This document shows positions 39,340 to 50,290 of a stretch of 64,000 nt of DNA, piece after piece (the stretch's first letter is position 1; every line of letters begins with the position of its first letter). The position numbers and the translations under genes are program-made. Under the pieces are notes generated by a model that made no database searches, had not been told where the DNA came from, and saw only the letters and a list, made by a program, of their open reading frames with translations. The stretch covers positions 25,730,001 through 25,794,000 of the forward strand of contig OZ365112.1 of the NCBI GenBank assembly GCA_977030845.1, written 5' to 3'. The DNA comes from Fimbriosthenelais zetlandica. Taxonomy: Eukaryota.

Positions 39340-39621
39340 GGTGGGCTCCCATTACATGGACTGGTTCTTGTTGGTATTGGAATCTGCATATCCATGTCTG
39401 GCCGGTATATATAATATAGCATGGCCTCCCGTGGGAGGTACCCTAGGTGTCTCTATTGGACCCGATCCCTCACACAAATTCCTGAAGAGTGTTCCCCGGG
39501 GTGTTATGTGGATAATAAAACGATTATTTTAGCCCATAATAATATTGTTTTGCCTCTTTCTGAATCTGAAACAACTGCATGGAAGAGCGTCAGGGATATT
39601 GGAAGTATGTTTCAGTGGTAG
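39340..39621 (+). mobile_element. L1 ORF2 C-terminal remnant
   Basis: YPCLAGIY..AW..GGTL / LYW..(TP.RL..IY..CW..GTL.H..W.C), then TAWKS (IA..WK) near the end. Confidence 0.5.
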
Positions 39622-39959
39622 GACATTGACAATGCACAATTCCCCAATGAAAGTACTGTTTTTCAATATTAAGTCACGACCTTTCCAAGAGGAATGTGAA
39701 GCATTTCTTTTATATAAAAACTAATCTGTATTAATATTAATCACACCACTTAAGAATGTAGTATATAAAACCACACCTTTCATTAAGTGATTTGTCTTAA
39801 TTACCACACATCCTTCTTTGCTTGTCTGAATACGACATTCATCCAGGAAAGCTCACCACATCCCTGTCTTCACCCAATTACAACTCTCTAATTATCACCA
39901 TTTCCCAGTATTTACTGGTATGAACTTTTTGCATGAATTGCCTGGCTGATTTACCACTG

Positions 39960-40150
39960 TGCCCAGATGGCATCCACCTCCCTATATATATAATCTCATC
40001 ATTGCTTGTGTGTACAGTATCTAAGCTGATAATTTCACCTCCAACACCTCCACCCACAATCTAAATACAGGCCCGGGGCTTGCCAGTCTCTCTTGTTTAT
40101 CTGTAATAATCTTGATCCATCTTATAGCCATGGCCTAATATTTTCATTGC
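39960..40150 (-). mobile_element. L1 RT fragment
   Basis: MKILGHG / RWIKII (L.KFG.G...WIK.LY), then GGCHLG (QGCPLS). Confidence 0.35.
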
Positions 40151-40959
40151 ACCCCCGCCTACCTTATCATCAGTATATAAGAAGGATTGGGGCAAGCTCT
40201 AGCTTGGCTTATACATCCAGGAAATGAAAAAATGAATAGAGAGTTCACCCCAGGGTTAGCCATAGGGAATAGGAGCATCTGATAAATACTTAATTTCCCT
40301 CAGGTTATTTGTATGGGTCAAAAGAGAAAAAAACTTAGTACCGAACTGGAAATAATTGGGTTGATTGAATGAAAGTGCATTTTAATGAATGTCCCTGTCG
40401 AAAGCAAAAGGTCTGTGGAGCCTAATGGTTCATTTGTTTCACGGTTACCCATTAATTTTCAAGCATTTTCCCTAAGAAAACCTACCATGAAGGAGGGAAA
40501 TAATTAATCATAGTCATAAGGTTGAGACAGGGATATAGCTCATGTGCTGCATATCTGCCCCTGATACGCTCTCATCACTGTGTTTATCTCCTCAATTAAT
40601 CGCTTGCCCTCTTTGATAAGGACAATGCCATCTGACTTGATCCTGCATGGATTGATTGAACCCATATAACAGTTTCCCCTCATGTCCTTATACTTGGGGT
40701 TTATGGGTTAGTAGGTAAGTGGGTCTTCTGGGCATTGCATGCAGGGTAACCCTGCTGAGCCCCATGGAAAGGAAATCCAGTGCCAGAAGCCAGTTTGAGG
40801 TTGTCTGATCCTCTTAGATATACCGAGATATGGCCTTTATCCGCTCAACCTATATATTTTCTTTGGCTTACATATAATGCTCGTGACGTGCTCACGAAAA
40901 CCACATGTCGGCACTGGGTCATACATTGAAATATTACTGGAGTAATGCTTTATTATATG

Positions 40960-41620
40960 ACAATATGGTGAGTTAATGGGATAGTATTAGTCCAAGCTGT
41001 TGAGATAACTGGTCATGAACCATGTCAGAACATGTACCTGCTCATTTAGTGAGAGCTACCTCTACACAATGCTTGACGACCTCTTAAGTCGTAATACGTC
41101 GTAGAGAATCATGACTGAGGTCCATGCGTTATATAGTGTTCGTCCATACCTCGAGGGGCGGGGCACTATGGATGGAATGGCTTTTGGAGGCTATAGCCAA
41201 TGTTATCGATCTACTTGTGGGGTTTTAATCGCTCCGTCTCATTACACACCCCATGCTGTGGATTATTTGCCTCCCCTCTATGGCCAGCTCTGCCATTTGA
41301 TAGGATTTCTCATGGGAGGCCAAGCCAACCACCCCTCCTTTCACTTTCTCTCTCACTCCTCTCTCCCCCACCCTATCAGTCCCACACTTGAGATCCCTGA
41401 TTGTGAGCTCTGTCTAATAGCCTTTTTCACTCCACCCTGGGACTGCGCCTCCCTCCACTTGCTTGCACACAGAATCCATTGGTGAAATATGATGGCGGAA
41501 ATTCATATTGTCACCGCATCTCTGTAATAATTTCATCAAAGTACACTCCTCTCTGGGAGTATGGGTGTGTGTGGGTGGGTGGTGGGTGTTGGTCGGGGGC
41601 TCCCTCTGTGGTCAGGGGAT
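40960..41620 (+). mobile_element. L1 endonuclease remnant
   Basis: ORF 41111-41485: YSQCYRSTCGVLIA (Y.S...RGVAIL) and GQLCHLIGFLMG (GR..IL.G.L.G). LVGGSL (I.GGDFN) follows at ~41590. Confidence 0.45.
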
Positions 41621-42309
41621 ATTGCCTGCCATGGTTTCTCAATCTGAGGGTTTTTCTGAAGACCTGACAGGCTGTGTGCTTGAATTACTCTGGTCTGTAT
41701 TGATTCAGCATAGCTTGATTATCACCAGCGATCTCCTTGCTGGCCGTATTAGTTTCTTTTATTTTCTTTTTTTGTTTGGTTTTCCCTGGTTTCAAACCAT
41801 TTGATGAAACAACCACACCCGCGTCTAGATTGAAATATGAATAGCCTTGATAAAGCCGTGCGAGGAAGAACATAACAGGGAGGGGAAGTTATGGAAGAAT
41901 GGAAATTGAGTTTTGCTTGTGGATGCATGGAAGGATATGGGGGCTCGATGTTGATATGGCTCGGTTCTATAATGGAAACATGGAGTGTGACGACCACGTG
42001 CTTACAAGAATTTCTGCATCAGATGATCGGCTCTGGTCGTGATTAGGTTGAGTGTAATTCAAGATGATTGAAACTATTACACCAGCGGCCAGACCTTATT
42101 GTGCTGGAATCTAATATGAATGTTTCTTTAAATAAAAACACACACACACACCACAGCCCAGATCACTCTCCTTTGTTACATCCATCACGATCTCAGAATT
42201 GGTTTCTGACTCGCGGGAGATTGGAAAACACAAATATTAGATTGGAGAGAGGGAGAGAGAGTCTCTGAAAAAGTAAGAGAGGAGTGATTGCGTCACCCAG
42301 CCTTCTCAT

Positions 42310-42805
42310 CTCTCTTTATTCAGATTCTCCGCATTCTGCAAGTTATAATTGCCGGACAGGCCCCGGATATATTGAGGGGATTTTCTTCTGGTTCGGTCGC
42401 AGATTTGCCCAATTATAAACTCTGAAACCGGAGCCTCAACCAAACAGCAAGAGCAGCTCGCAATAGTCCCTGTACTGCTCGCTGAATGGATGGCTTATAT
42501 ATTTTAAGCTTTATCCATCAACCTCCAGGGATTTGTTCGCTTTGACATTCCCAATCGGAACTCTTGGAATGCTTGAGTGATTCTTTCAGCATCATCCGAA
42601 ATGGCCTTCTGATGTATAGGGAGTCGTTAACTTTAAATTTTTCCCTCCTCCCACTCAGGTTTTAGGATAATGAATTGAGACAGGGCAATGGGAGGCTGAT
42701 CTCCACTGGTTCATGCGAGTATGAATTGAATCTGAGCGATGCAAAGCTGGTCAAAAAACGACCAGTGGAAATGGCCGGGCCCAGTGTTGTTGATGGATGA
42801 CCATA
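42310..42805 (-). mobile_element. L1 RT N-terminal half remnant, single frame with stops
   Basis: NNTGPGHFHWSFF..SGDQP..IILKPE..S*RLPI..DDAERITQAF..RL..FIIGQICDRTRR..LQNAENLNK tracks KSPGPDGF..EFY..G.LP..LI.KP..SYRPI..D.KI..RL..F..GR..DN.RR..LDAEKAFD. Confidence 0.65.
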
Positions 42806-42869
42806 AGGCAGCCAAGCATATCGCCTCATTGTCTTTCTTTACCAAGCCTTGTTGATTTGTGTGTCATCA

Positions 42870-43311
42870 ACATAGGGCAATGCAGATGTCCTCGTCTGCA
42901 CCTCCTCACATCCTCCACCACTCTTTTTTTGGGCCATGCCTGGGACATATTGATTCCGCAAAGATAAATGTTTGGTAGTTTCCGACGCCTCGCCAATGGT
43001 GCGATTCCACACTACCGGAGGCTTGGTGAGGCCAGAGAGAGGCTGTGTGTTGGGGGTGCTCAGACCTGGTGAAAATCTCGATAGCCTCGATCGATCACAA
43101 TATGATAAGCATTGGCTACTAGCAGAGCCTGGTGCTCAGTGGTAACATGATGATGGCTGCCACTCGCCCTTTCTAATCTCCCCCACTCCCCAACAGAAAA
43201 AGAGCAAGAAGATAGAACAGAGACGCAAATCAAAACTTTTCTCTCCCACAACAGTAAATCACTTTCGCCGCTCTCCTGTAGAACTAATGCCCATATGAAC
43301 GCCCCTACCAC
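42870..43311 (-). mobile_element. L1 endonuclease N-terminal remnant
   Basis: LVLQES (LQETH), EWGRLERAS..ALLV (W.G...S...GVAIL) and LSLRNQYVPG (LTL.N.YAP). Confidence 0.45.
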
Positions 43312-43959
43312 TATTCAACAGCGCCCATTAGGCATGTCCACATCCACAATGCATGATCTGACAAAATGCTTTGTCCCACATTTAATTTTAGGGATTGTTT
43401 TTTGGACCATCTGTCATCCCTCTGGCTCAGTTTTCACCTGGCCATTCAGTCTCATTGATACAAATGGGAACACGGTAACTTAAGATGACTCGATCAATCA
43501 TGAAATTACTGGACAATTATTATGCAAATGGAGAAAATCACTGCATGTTGTGATGTAATTATCTGTTCGATTAACAACGTGAAAGCAACACTTTAAGCGG
43601 CCCTTTCATTAGAATCTTTTTCACCTTTATGCTAAATGCAATATAAAAGCTCAGACTGATTAAATAAGCGAAGTTCATGCCGGCACTGTATCGGTTTCCT
43701 GCCCTCCCTTCTCTGGTAATATTACGCATCAATATAAAGGCCTGATTCGCAAAGGTTCGCTACTGGGCAAATCCGATAACACGTGCTGCCTCAGGATTAG
43801 TTACATTGATTCAAAATATGAGATAATCATTTGCCAACTAGACTGCTTCCTTGCCCTCCAGTTATTCCTGCCAGAAAGCATTAAGGATCCTACGTTAATT
43901 GGATTATTATCCTTTCTTGGCAATCTTTGTAGACATCTAAGGGTTGACATTGGAAATAC

Positions 43960-44001
43960 AGTACCTCATGTTGTTCTTATTCTATTCTCTTGCAGGTATG
44001 T
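43960..44001 (+). other. Acceptor immediately followed by donor (recursive-splice-site-like)
   Basis: CTCAT branch-like motif, pyrimidine tract TTCTTATTCTATTCTCTTG, then CAG|GTATGT (AG at 43994-43995). Confidence 0.35.
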
Positions 44002-44601
44002 TCTCTACTCTCTCTCACACTGGATCAATGTGATGTTCCTTGAAATGTGATTCGACTCAACAGAAATGCAAGTAAGATCCTTCACTCTGATTGAAGTGCT
44101 GTCATTGAAAACAGCTGAAACTTTTAGGCAAATTCAGAAATTTGAATACAGTCATTTTCGATGTTATCTGTTACGATATATCATGTCAAACGTGGGTATA
44201 ACATTCACATATTGAAGGCCTCTGTGCATCAATCCATCGCTCTCTTCAAGCCTTCAAATTATTTCGAAGTTGATCCCTTTTAATCTAAAGTAATATGCGT
44301 GAATTCCTGAGTATATTTTACCTGGATACGTCAATGGAATTCTTTTCAAAAGTTAGGTTTGCTATAATCATCGGCAATTTCATTTCCTTCTCCGTGACCA
44401 TGACCCTACTTTATAGGTGCTATATTTATCGGTTCACAAATACCCAGTTGAGTACAGGATTCAGTTTCCACTTTCCATGCTACGCTTGAAAGTCTATTGA
44501 ACAGGCGCTTCTCGGTGCATAGAGGAACAGTCCCCTTCAGATCGATGGCCCAGTTCCTGCCGATGGAAAGAGGCGAGTGGGGTACATGGGAGTCGATCCT
44601 T

Positions 44602-44650
44602 GGGGGAGGGGGTTGTGGGGAGGGGGTATCGAGGGGGATGGGGAGTTGGG
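44602..44650 (+). other. Potential G-quadruplex
   Basis: Seven G-runs, six of them 4-5 G long, with short loops. Confidence 0.65.
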
Positions 44651-45559
44651 AGACAGAGAACAGAAATTAGGCTGAAAATTGGTGTTCCACTGGAGAATTG
44701 CAGCCCCCCACAAACCCCTTTTCAAACGACGCCATCTTTTATTTTTCACTCCCAAATAATTGCCAAATTGATTTCTGTTCTCAGCATCATGATTGCCTTT
44801 GTCGTGGAAATGCTGTTTTTACGCTGGAGTCTCCATAGGGGAGGCAGGGGAGGAGAGATAAGACACGACATGAGGGAATATTGTTCCCACTATCTCTCCC
44901 CCACTACTAAAGCTGGGGATCAGATAAGGGTGCAGCTATGTGGGATTAACATGACAACTAAAGCATAATCCCAATCTCTTACTCATGTGCATACAATTTG
45001 GATTTAGGGATTCATTTTTTGTCACTCGTGAATCGCGGTCGACGACACTGCGCATTTTAAATAAAAATAAAGAGGAGCAAATGATCCCATATAGAAGATT
45101 GCTCAATATTACTATGCATTATTTTTTTGGGTTGAAAAGCCCATTATTTCCTTGATTGACTGTGCCATGATGGGATGTTGAAAATCAGTACTACTACAAG
45201 TGATGAAATACACATGTAGGGTAGCAATTACCATCTCAACAGGGGTCCATGCGGGAGATGGCGTAAGAAATAAATTGAAAATGGAGACATTTGATCTGTT
45301 CAATCCAGTTTCAATAGTTTTTTAAGTCCTTAATTTATTGCCTACTCCCCACAAATGATGTCCTCCTGGAATGAGTAAATAGTGATTTAACGCCTTGTCC
45401 TACATCCCCATGCATATAGAAGAAGACCCAGATATAGGTCGCTGCTAGGTTTTCTAGATATTTCCAGGAGGTCCACACCTGAAATATTTGCCCTGACGTC
45501 GTTTGTAGACGGGCCATATTCAATCAATGACATGCCTTTAAAGATGCTGAGAAATGAGC

Positions 45560-45658
45560 ACAGGAAGTTGTGAATCTTTCTCGTGACGTCACGTCAATGT
45601 GTGTAGGCTGACCTGTCATCGCGTCACCGGAAATGAGGACACGGGCGCCCTCAGTAGC
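45560..45658. promoter_or_regulatory. CRE + ETS + CTCF-like motif cluster
   Basis: CAGGAAGT ~45561, TGACGTCA 45584, CCGGAAAT 45627 and GCGCCCTCAGTAGC 45645. Confidence 0.3.
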
Positions 45659-46259
45659 TAAATTGTGAACTAATCAATAGTGCGGGAAATCAGGTATATT
45701 TCACCATGCTTCTATTGATTTACCATTAGACACTTGCCTCCACTCAAGCCTACGTTGCCTTTGTCACTGCGAATGAAAATTGGCGCTATTCCTAGATCTT
45801 AATCCTAGCTACAGAGTACTTATAGTCTTGTGATCTGTACATTTCTCTTTGGAGTTCAATTAGCAAAGGAAGCAGCTCCACACCAATGCAATGACGATGC
45901 TGGGTTGCACAACAATGCTTTAGTCTATGGTTGTACAATGGCCTGATAGTGTATAACTATACAAAACACCCCCTCGTTTTTTCATTCATGTTTACCCCAT
46001 TTCCAATGACATAGTCCTCATTTCAGAGAGGATATGGGTAGGCGACGCAAAGCCTTTTAGCTGTTAAATAACTAAAGGCAAATCAAACTGCACAGGATCG
46101 AGGCAAATTGATTTTTCAATAATATAAGACTTAAAGGGCTGGAAATAAGACCGGCTGCTGCGGGCGAATGTACCCAAGTGGTGTTCCAGCCATGAGTTCT
46201 CAATAACGAGCAAGAGTGGCACTGGCCTATTATCGGCGAATAGTCGAAACCAACAGCTC

Positions 46260-46830
46260 CTAAATAAACCGCTCCCTGGAATTAAGCAGTGGTAGAAATG
46301 CCTCTATATCTGTGGTATACAGTCCCCGGGTCTGGGTATCATTGGTAGATTTATAGTTATTATATTGTGACCACATGTACAAGGACTGCGGCTCTTTAGG
46401 GATGGCCTGATGCGGTTCAGTAACAGCAGTGAAGGCCATTGGGCAGATGTATTTGCGGAATTTAATTGAATGGTCATGAGGGTGCTTCATGTTGTTGCCA
46501 GTGTAAAGTATATTGGAGGGAGATGCATTAGGAAGTTACTGCAGAGATGGCTCATGCACTAACTGCATGGAGAATATCGCTGGTTGTCGCTGTCGTGGCC
46601 TTTTTTGCCGCTATGTACCCAATAAACAGTCGACCCTTGATGATCTTTAGATATATTGTGATCATTTTGATATCATATCAAGAGCTGATACCATTGATAC
46701 CAACCAAACATCCCTTCAATACTGAGTGTGGGGTGCAGACATTTTTTTCCCAATGTATGCTGTCGATGGCCTTCATTTGGTCTTCTTCGCCATTCGTTGC
46801 TGGTTGTTGCCGCAACTGTTGATGCATCTT
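46260..46830 (-). mobile_element. L1/Tx1 endonuclease C-terminal half plus linker remnant
   Basis: One frame with stops: INSCGNN (I.CGDFN), RDVW (L.D.W), SSRVDCLL (SRIDY.L) and PAIFS (P..FSDH). It continues to W..YK..TRG (W...K...RG). Confidence 0.6.
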
Positions 46831-46893
46831 GCTCCAATTGACTTTTCACTTATCAAACCAAGCCCGATCCTATATGTTGTCTTTTCCCTCATT

Positions 46894-46922
46894 ATGCTAG
46901 TATCCATAATGCTAGTATCCAT
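46894..46922. repeat. 15-bp tandem duplication
   Basis: ATGCTAGTATCCAT(A) twice. Confidence 0.9.
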
Positions 46923-49248
46923 TGTTTTGGTTTCAAATTGTGTTTTTAAATTTGAGGTTTTGTTTATGAAGACACAGTCAACCGCGGTGTTGGCATCATG
47001 GGCCTGTTCTTAATGGCAACATGGTGTGTAAAATATCACCTGATCTACCGGGAGTTCTGCATTGGATGGATAAGTGTACTATGAAGAAGCAGCCCTCCCA
47101 TGCTACATCCCTATTCCCCATCACCGTCCCTTGTTCTTAATAATGAAAAGTCATTCTACTCTACCATATCACTAGGTGATTGCATGTCAAGCTATACCTT
47201 CAAACAATATTCTCTTCAATTTATAGACCTATATTATTCTCTGCTATAAAAACCTCTACGCCATTGTTCGATGCTATAGAGGGAACCCATTTCTCAATAA
47301 ATGGACTCGTATTATACTTTTTATCCTGCTTCGCCTTTCATTAAAAAACACCGAGCTGTGTCCTCCTCGCGGGTCCAGGTTTTAATATGATGCAATTACT
47401 ATAGCATGTTGGTGGCCGGCCCTGGTTAAACCAGGCCATTATTTAGACGAGCCCTACTTTACTGACATGTTGACCACTGTGTTTTTCCTGGCCTTAATTT
47501 AGCTGTGATATCCCAGGCTTTACATGCCTAAGTCACTCCACGCTCCAGGCCACTGTTCAGATACATCCAAAAGGTCAGCAGAAGTCACTGCCGGGGGACA
47601 TGCTAAATGATTGACATTCACCTTGTCCATGGCTTGTTCTAATATGAGTACTTTTAATGGTCATCATTTGAGTGCACCAGTCATATTACATACATCAACC
47701 AGTACTAATGGGGCCTTTATTTGACAGATTTACACAACAGAATGGTCGTTAACTATACCTCTCAAATACATTACCCCTTGTCAACACTTCCACAGTCTAT
47801 TCCCATCATTCACTGAAGCTGTAAATTTTGTGAACTTAAAGATGTTAACTCTTATCCAATGCCATATATATATACAAGTTCCCAATATCTTGTTAGCTGG
47901 TTGTGGCATTGTGTGGTAAAGGAATTAGTAATACACATTATTTGCGCCCACTGGAAAGCTCTTTGTTATTTTGTAATACCAAACAATGTCGGTCAAAGGG
48001 CTCGTACGGTATTAGAGAGGTGGGAGTGGAGCTTTCAATTGCATTTAAAACATGGATTTGGACGGGTATCACCTGTTCTGTCCACTGTCCAAGGTGACCA
48101 TTCCAGATGACCATTTGGCATTGTCTCTCTCAACACAAGCCATGGTCCTCCACACTGGATTTAAATTGTCCAGCTGCATCAGGTTTAGCCAGAGGCTACA
48201 GACGGCTCACGACCTGGACGTAGAGATGGCCAGAGATGGCCAAATGACCATTAAGTCCACTCTGATGACCACTCTGGTTCCGTCTCTCTATAGGCCACCC
48301 ACCCATTAAAGCATAGTGCACTGGAACCATTAAAACTGGTCCTATTGAAAAGAGGAGCGAGCAACAGATGCCTTTCCTTGTCAGTCCATTTTAGTACAGA
48401 AGTGACAAACACAATTCGCAGCCACCGCTGTTCATGCTGACAGCCTCAGCTCAGATTTGTGTGTTCATGCATAAAAAAGCCATGACAAGATCAGAAAACT
48501 CGTTGAAATAATTGCAGAAAATTGGTTGTTTGCTGGAGAAGTGGTTTATGAATGGGTGACATACTACTATTCTGAACCTTCCATTTACATATATCACAGG
48601 GCTTGAAAACTGGAAGCCGTGCAAATCATTTCACTTATTGTTGCTTTTACGAGTGAAGTTGGTTTTTGGTAATTGCCCGAAGCTGTCCTCAAATATTGGA
48701 GGATCCTTTAAGTGGATGGATTAAGAAGTAAAAGAGGTGGTAATCCATGAGAGTATTATACCGTCCACCTGTGATTAGCACCTGTGTGAGAGACCACACA
48801 CACATCTTCCTTCTCACTGATAGACTGTGTCACAGTTGAAACTTCCATCCCGTCTCTTTGCCAATAACGATTTCACACTATCAACTCTAACGATTTACAC
48901 ACTCTCAGATCTAAGCCCCGGCTTTTCTCCTTGTCAACCCAGCATGTAGGAAGAACTTGGTTAACCTCCAAACCATCTAGTCAGAAACGCCATTAAAAAA
49001 GTCATTTTTGTGTATGTTTACTCATGTTTTGTACGCACATCACCAATGATGTGCACCTTCCATCATTCCACCTCTGGGTTACTTTCAATGCATCTTTTGC
49101 CTGGCCAGCTGCATGGCCATAAAAATATCCCCTCCATCGGAGTTTCCCAATCGCTGGCGATCACGTAGAATGACTTGATGAATTTCACACCTCCGTGAGC
49201 CTTAAAGCTTTAGGACCACCCAAGAGGCCTTGTCCTAAATGACGATGA

Positions 49249-49524
49249 TTAGCAAAGCAAATATGACTTCTCCCTTGAGCCATATTCCATACAGTTACTG
49301 CAGTTCCCCTCTGCGGCGTAGGAATATGGCACGCCCAAATATTTGCAGACTAGATTTCCACGCGGATGAAGCAGATTTGTGCCTTGATCAAAGAAACTTT
49401 TCCCCGCCAGTTTGCATCCGTTGACTCGTGAGAAGGCCAGCATGAACAGTGCTTCCATACTGGGAAAAGCAGCCCATATCCCTTGGGGGACCCTTCCTTG
49501 TCTCCTTTTCCCATCCTTCCCCAA
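49249..49524 (-). mobile_element. LINE (L1/Tx1) RT C-terminal fragment, open frame
   Basis: RRQG..SMEAL..FSRVNGCKLAGKS..CKYLGVP matches RQG.PLSP.LF...MEAL, F..SG..IN..KS and KYLG.P. Confidence 0.65.
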
Positions 49525-49989
49525 ACTATTATCCCTACATCCCTAATACCTTGAATAGAAACATCTTGTATCTATTTCTTCAGCAAGCATCTTTTTACAC
49601 TTCCAAAAAGATAACTGAAATACTGGATAAAGCATAGAGGTTCTTGTATCCCCAGGTATTTCAAGCTTTTTGCATTCTTTTCCCATCAAATGTAGCTCTA
49701 AAAACCTGATGGAAGTCAGATGTACTATTGTCCTCCTACAATGATGGAAAAAAGTGTTATTGGATATACATAGATCAAAGAGCTTCTATTGTTTGTAGGA
49801 AGACAAAGGGTACCATGATTCTTTACGTGAAGGAATCAATAGACTCTTCCTGACCTAATCAGACGACTCTACCTCAGACAGAAAGACCTGACATCTCAGC
49901 TGCAGCATGTCTTTCCCCGCTTAAATACCCCTATACCATCCACGAGACGTGTACAATGTACCAACGGTGTTGGAAGCTTCAAATGGTGG

Positions 49990-50290
49990 TAAACTGTTCT
50001 CTTGTTCACAACTTCATAAGGGTATGGCAGGAACGTCAGTCTTTTAAAAAGTTGAGGGTTACCCTACTTGAAATCAAGTCAAGAAGTTTTGACGCATCCA
50101 CATACACACATGCTGTATGGGCCAGGCCTTCATTTGTCTTCCTTTCTTTTATCAACAAGACCTATTATAACGGGTGGCTATTTCTTAGCATATCGCCCAA
50201 TTCATTGTTTATGCACATCAATTGTAGTGATTTTCAAATTATGTGTAGTGAATATGGATCATAATTCTTCCTTTTCATATTTTTCATCAT
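49990..50290 (+). mobile_element. LINE RT fragment
   Basis: VTLLEIKSRSFDA (LL.LD..KAFD), FINKTY (F...I..LY) and FIFFIIEY (LF.L.IE.L). Confidence 0.35.

Noticed and set aside
46683-46700. TGGTATCAG resembling a tRNA-Met primer-binding site on the - strand
   Set aside because: It matches only 9 nt, sits inside an EN relic, and has no paired LTRs or gag/pol.
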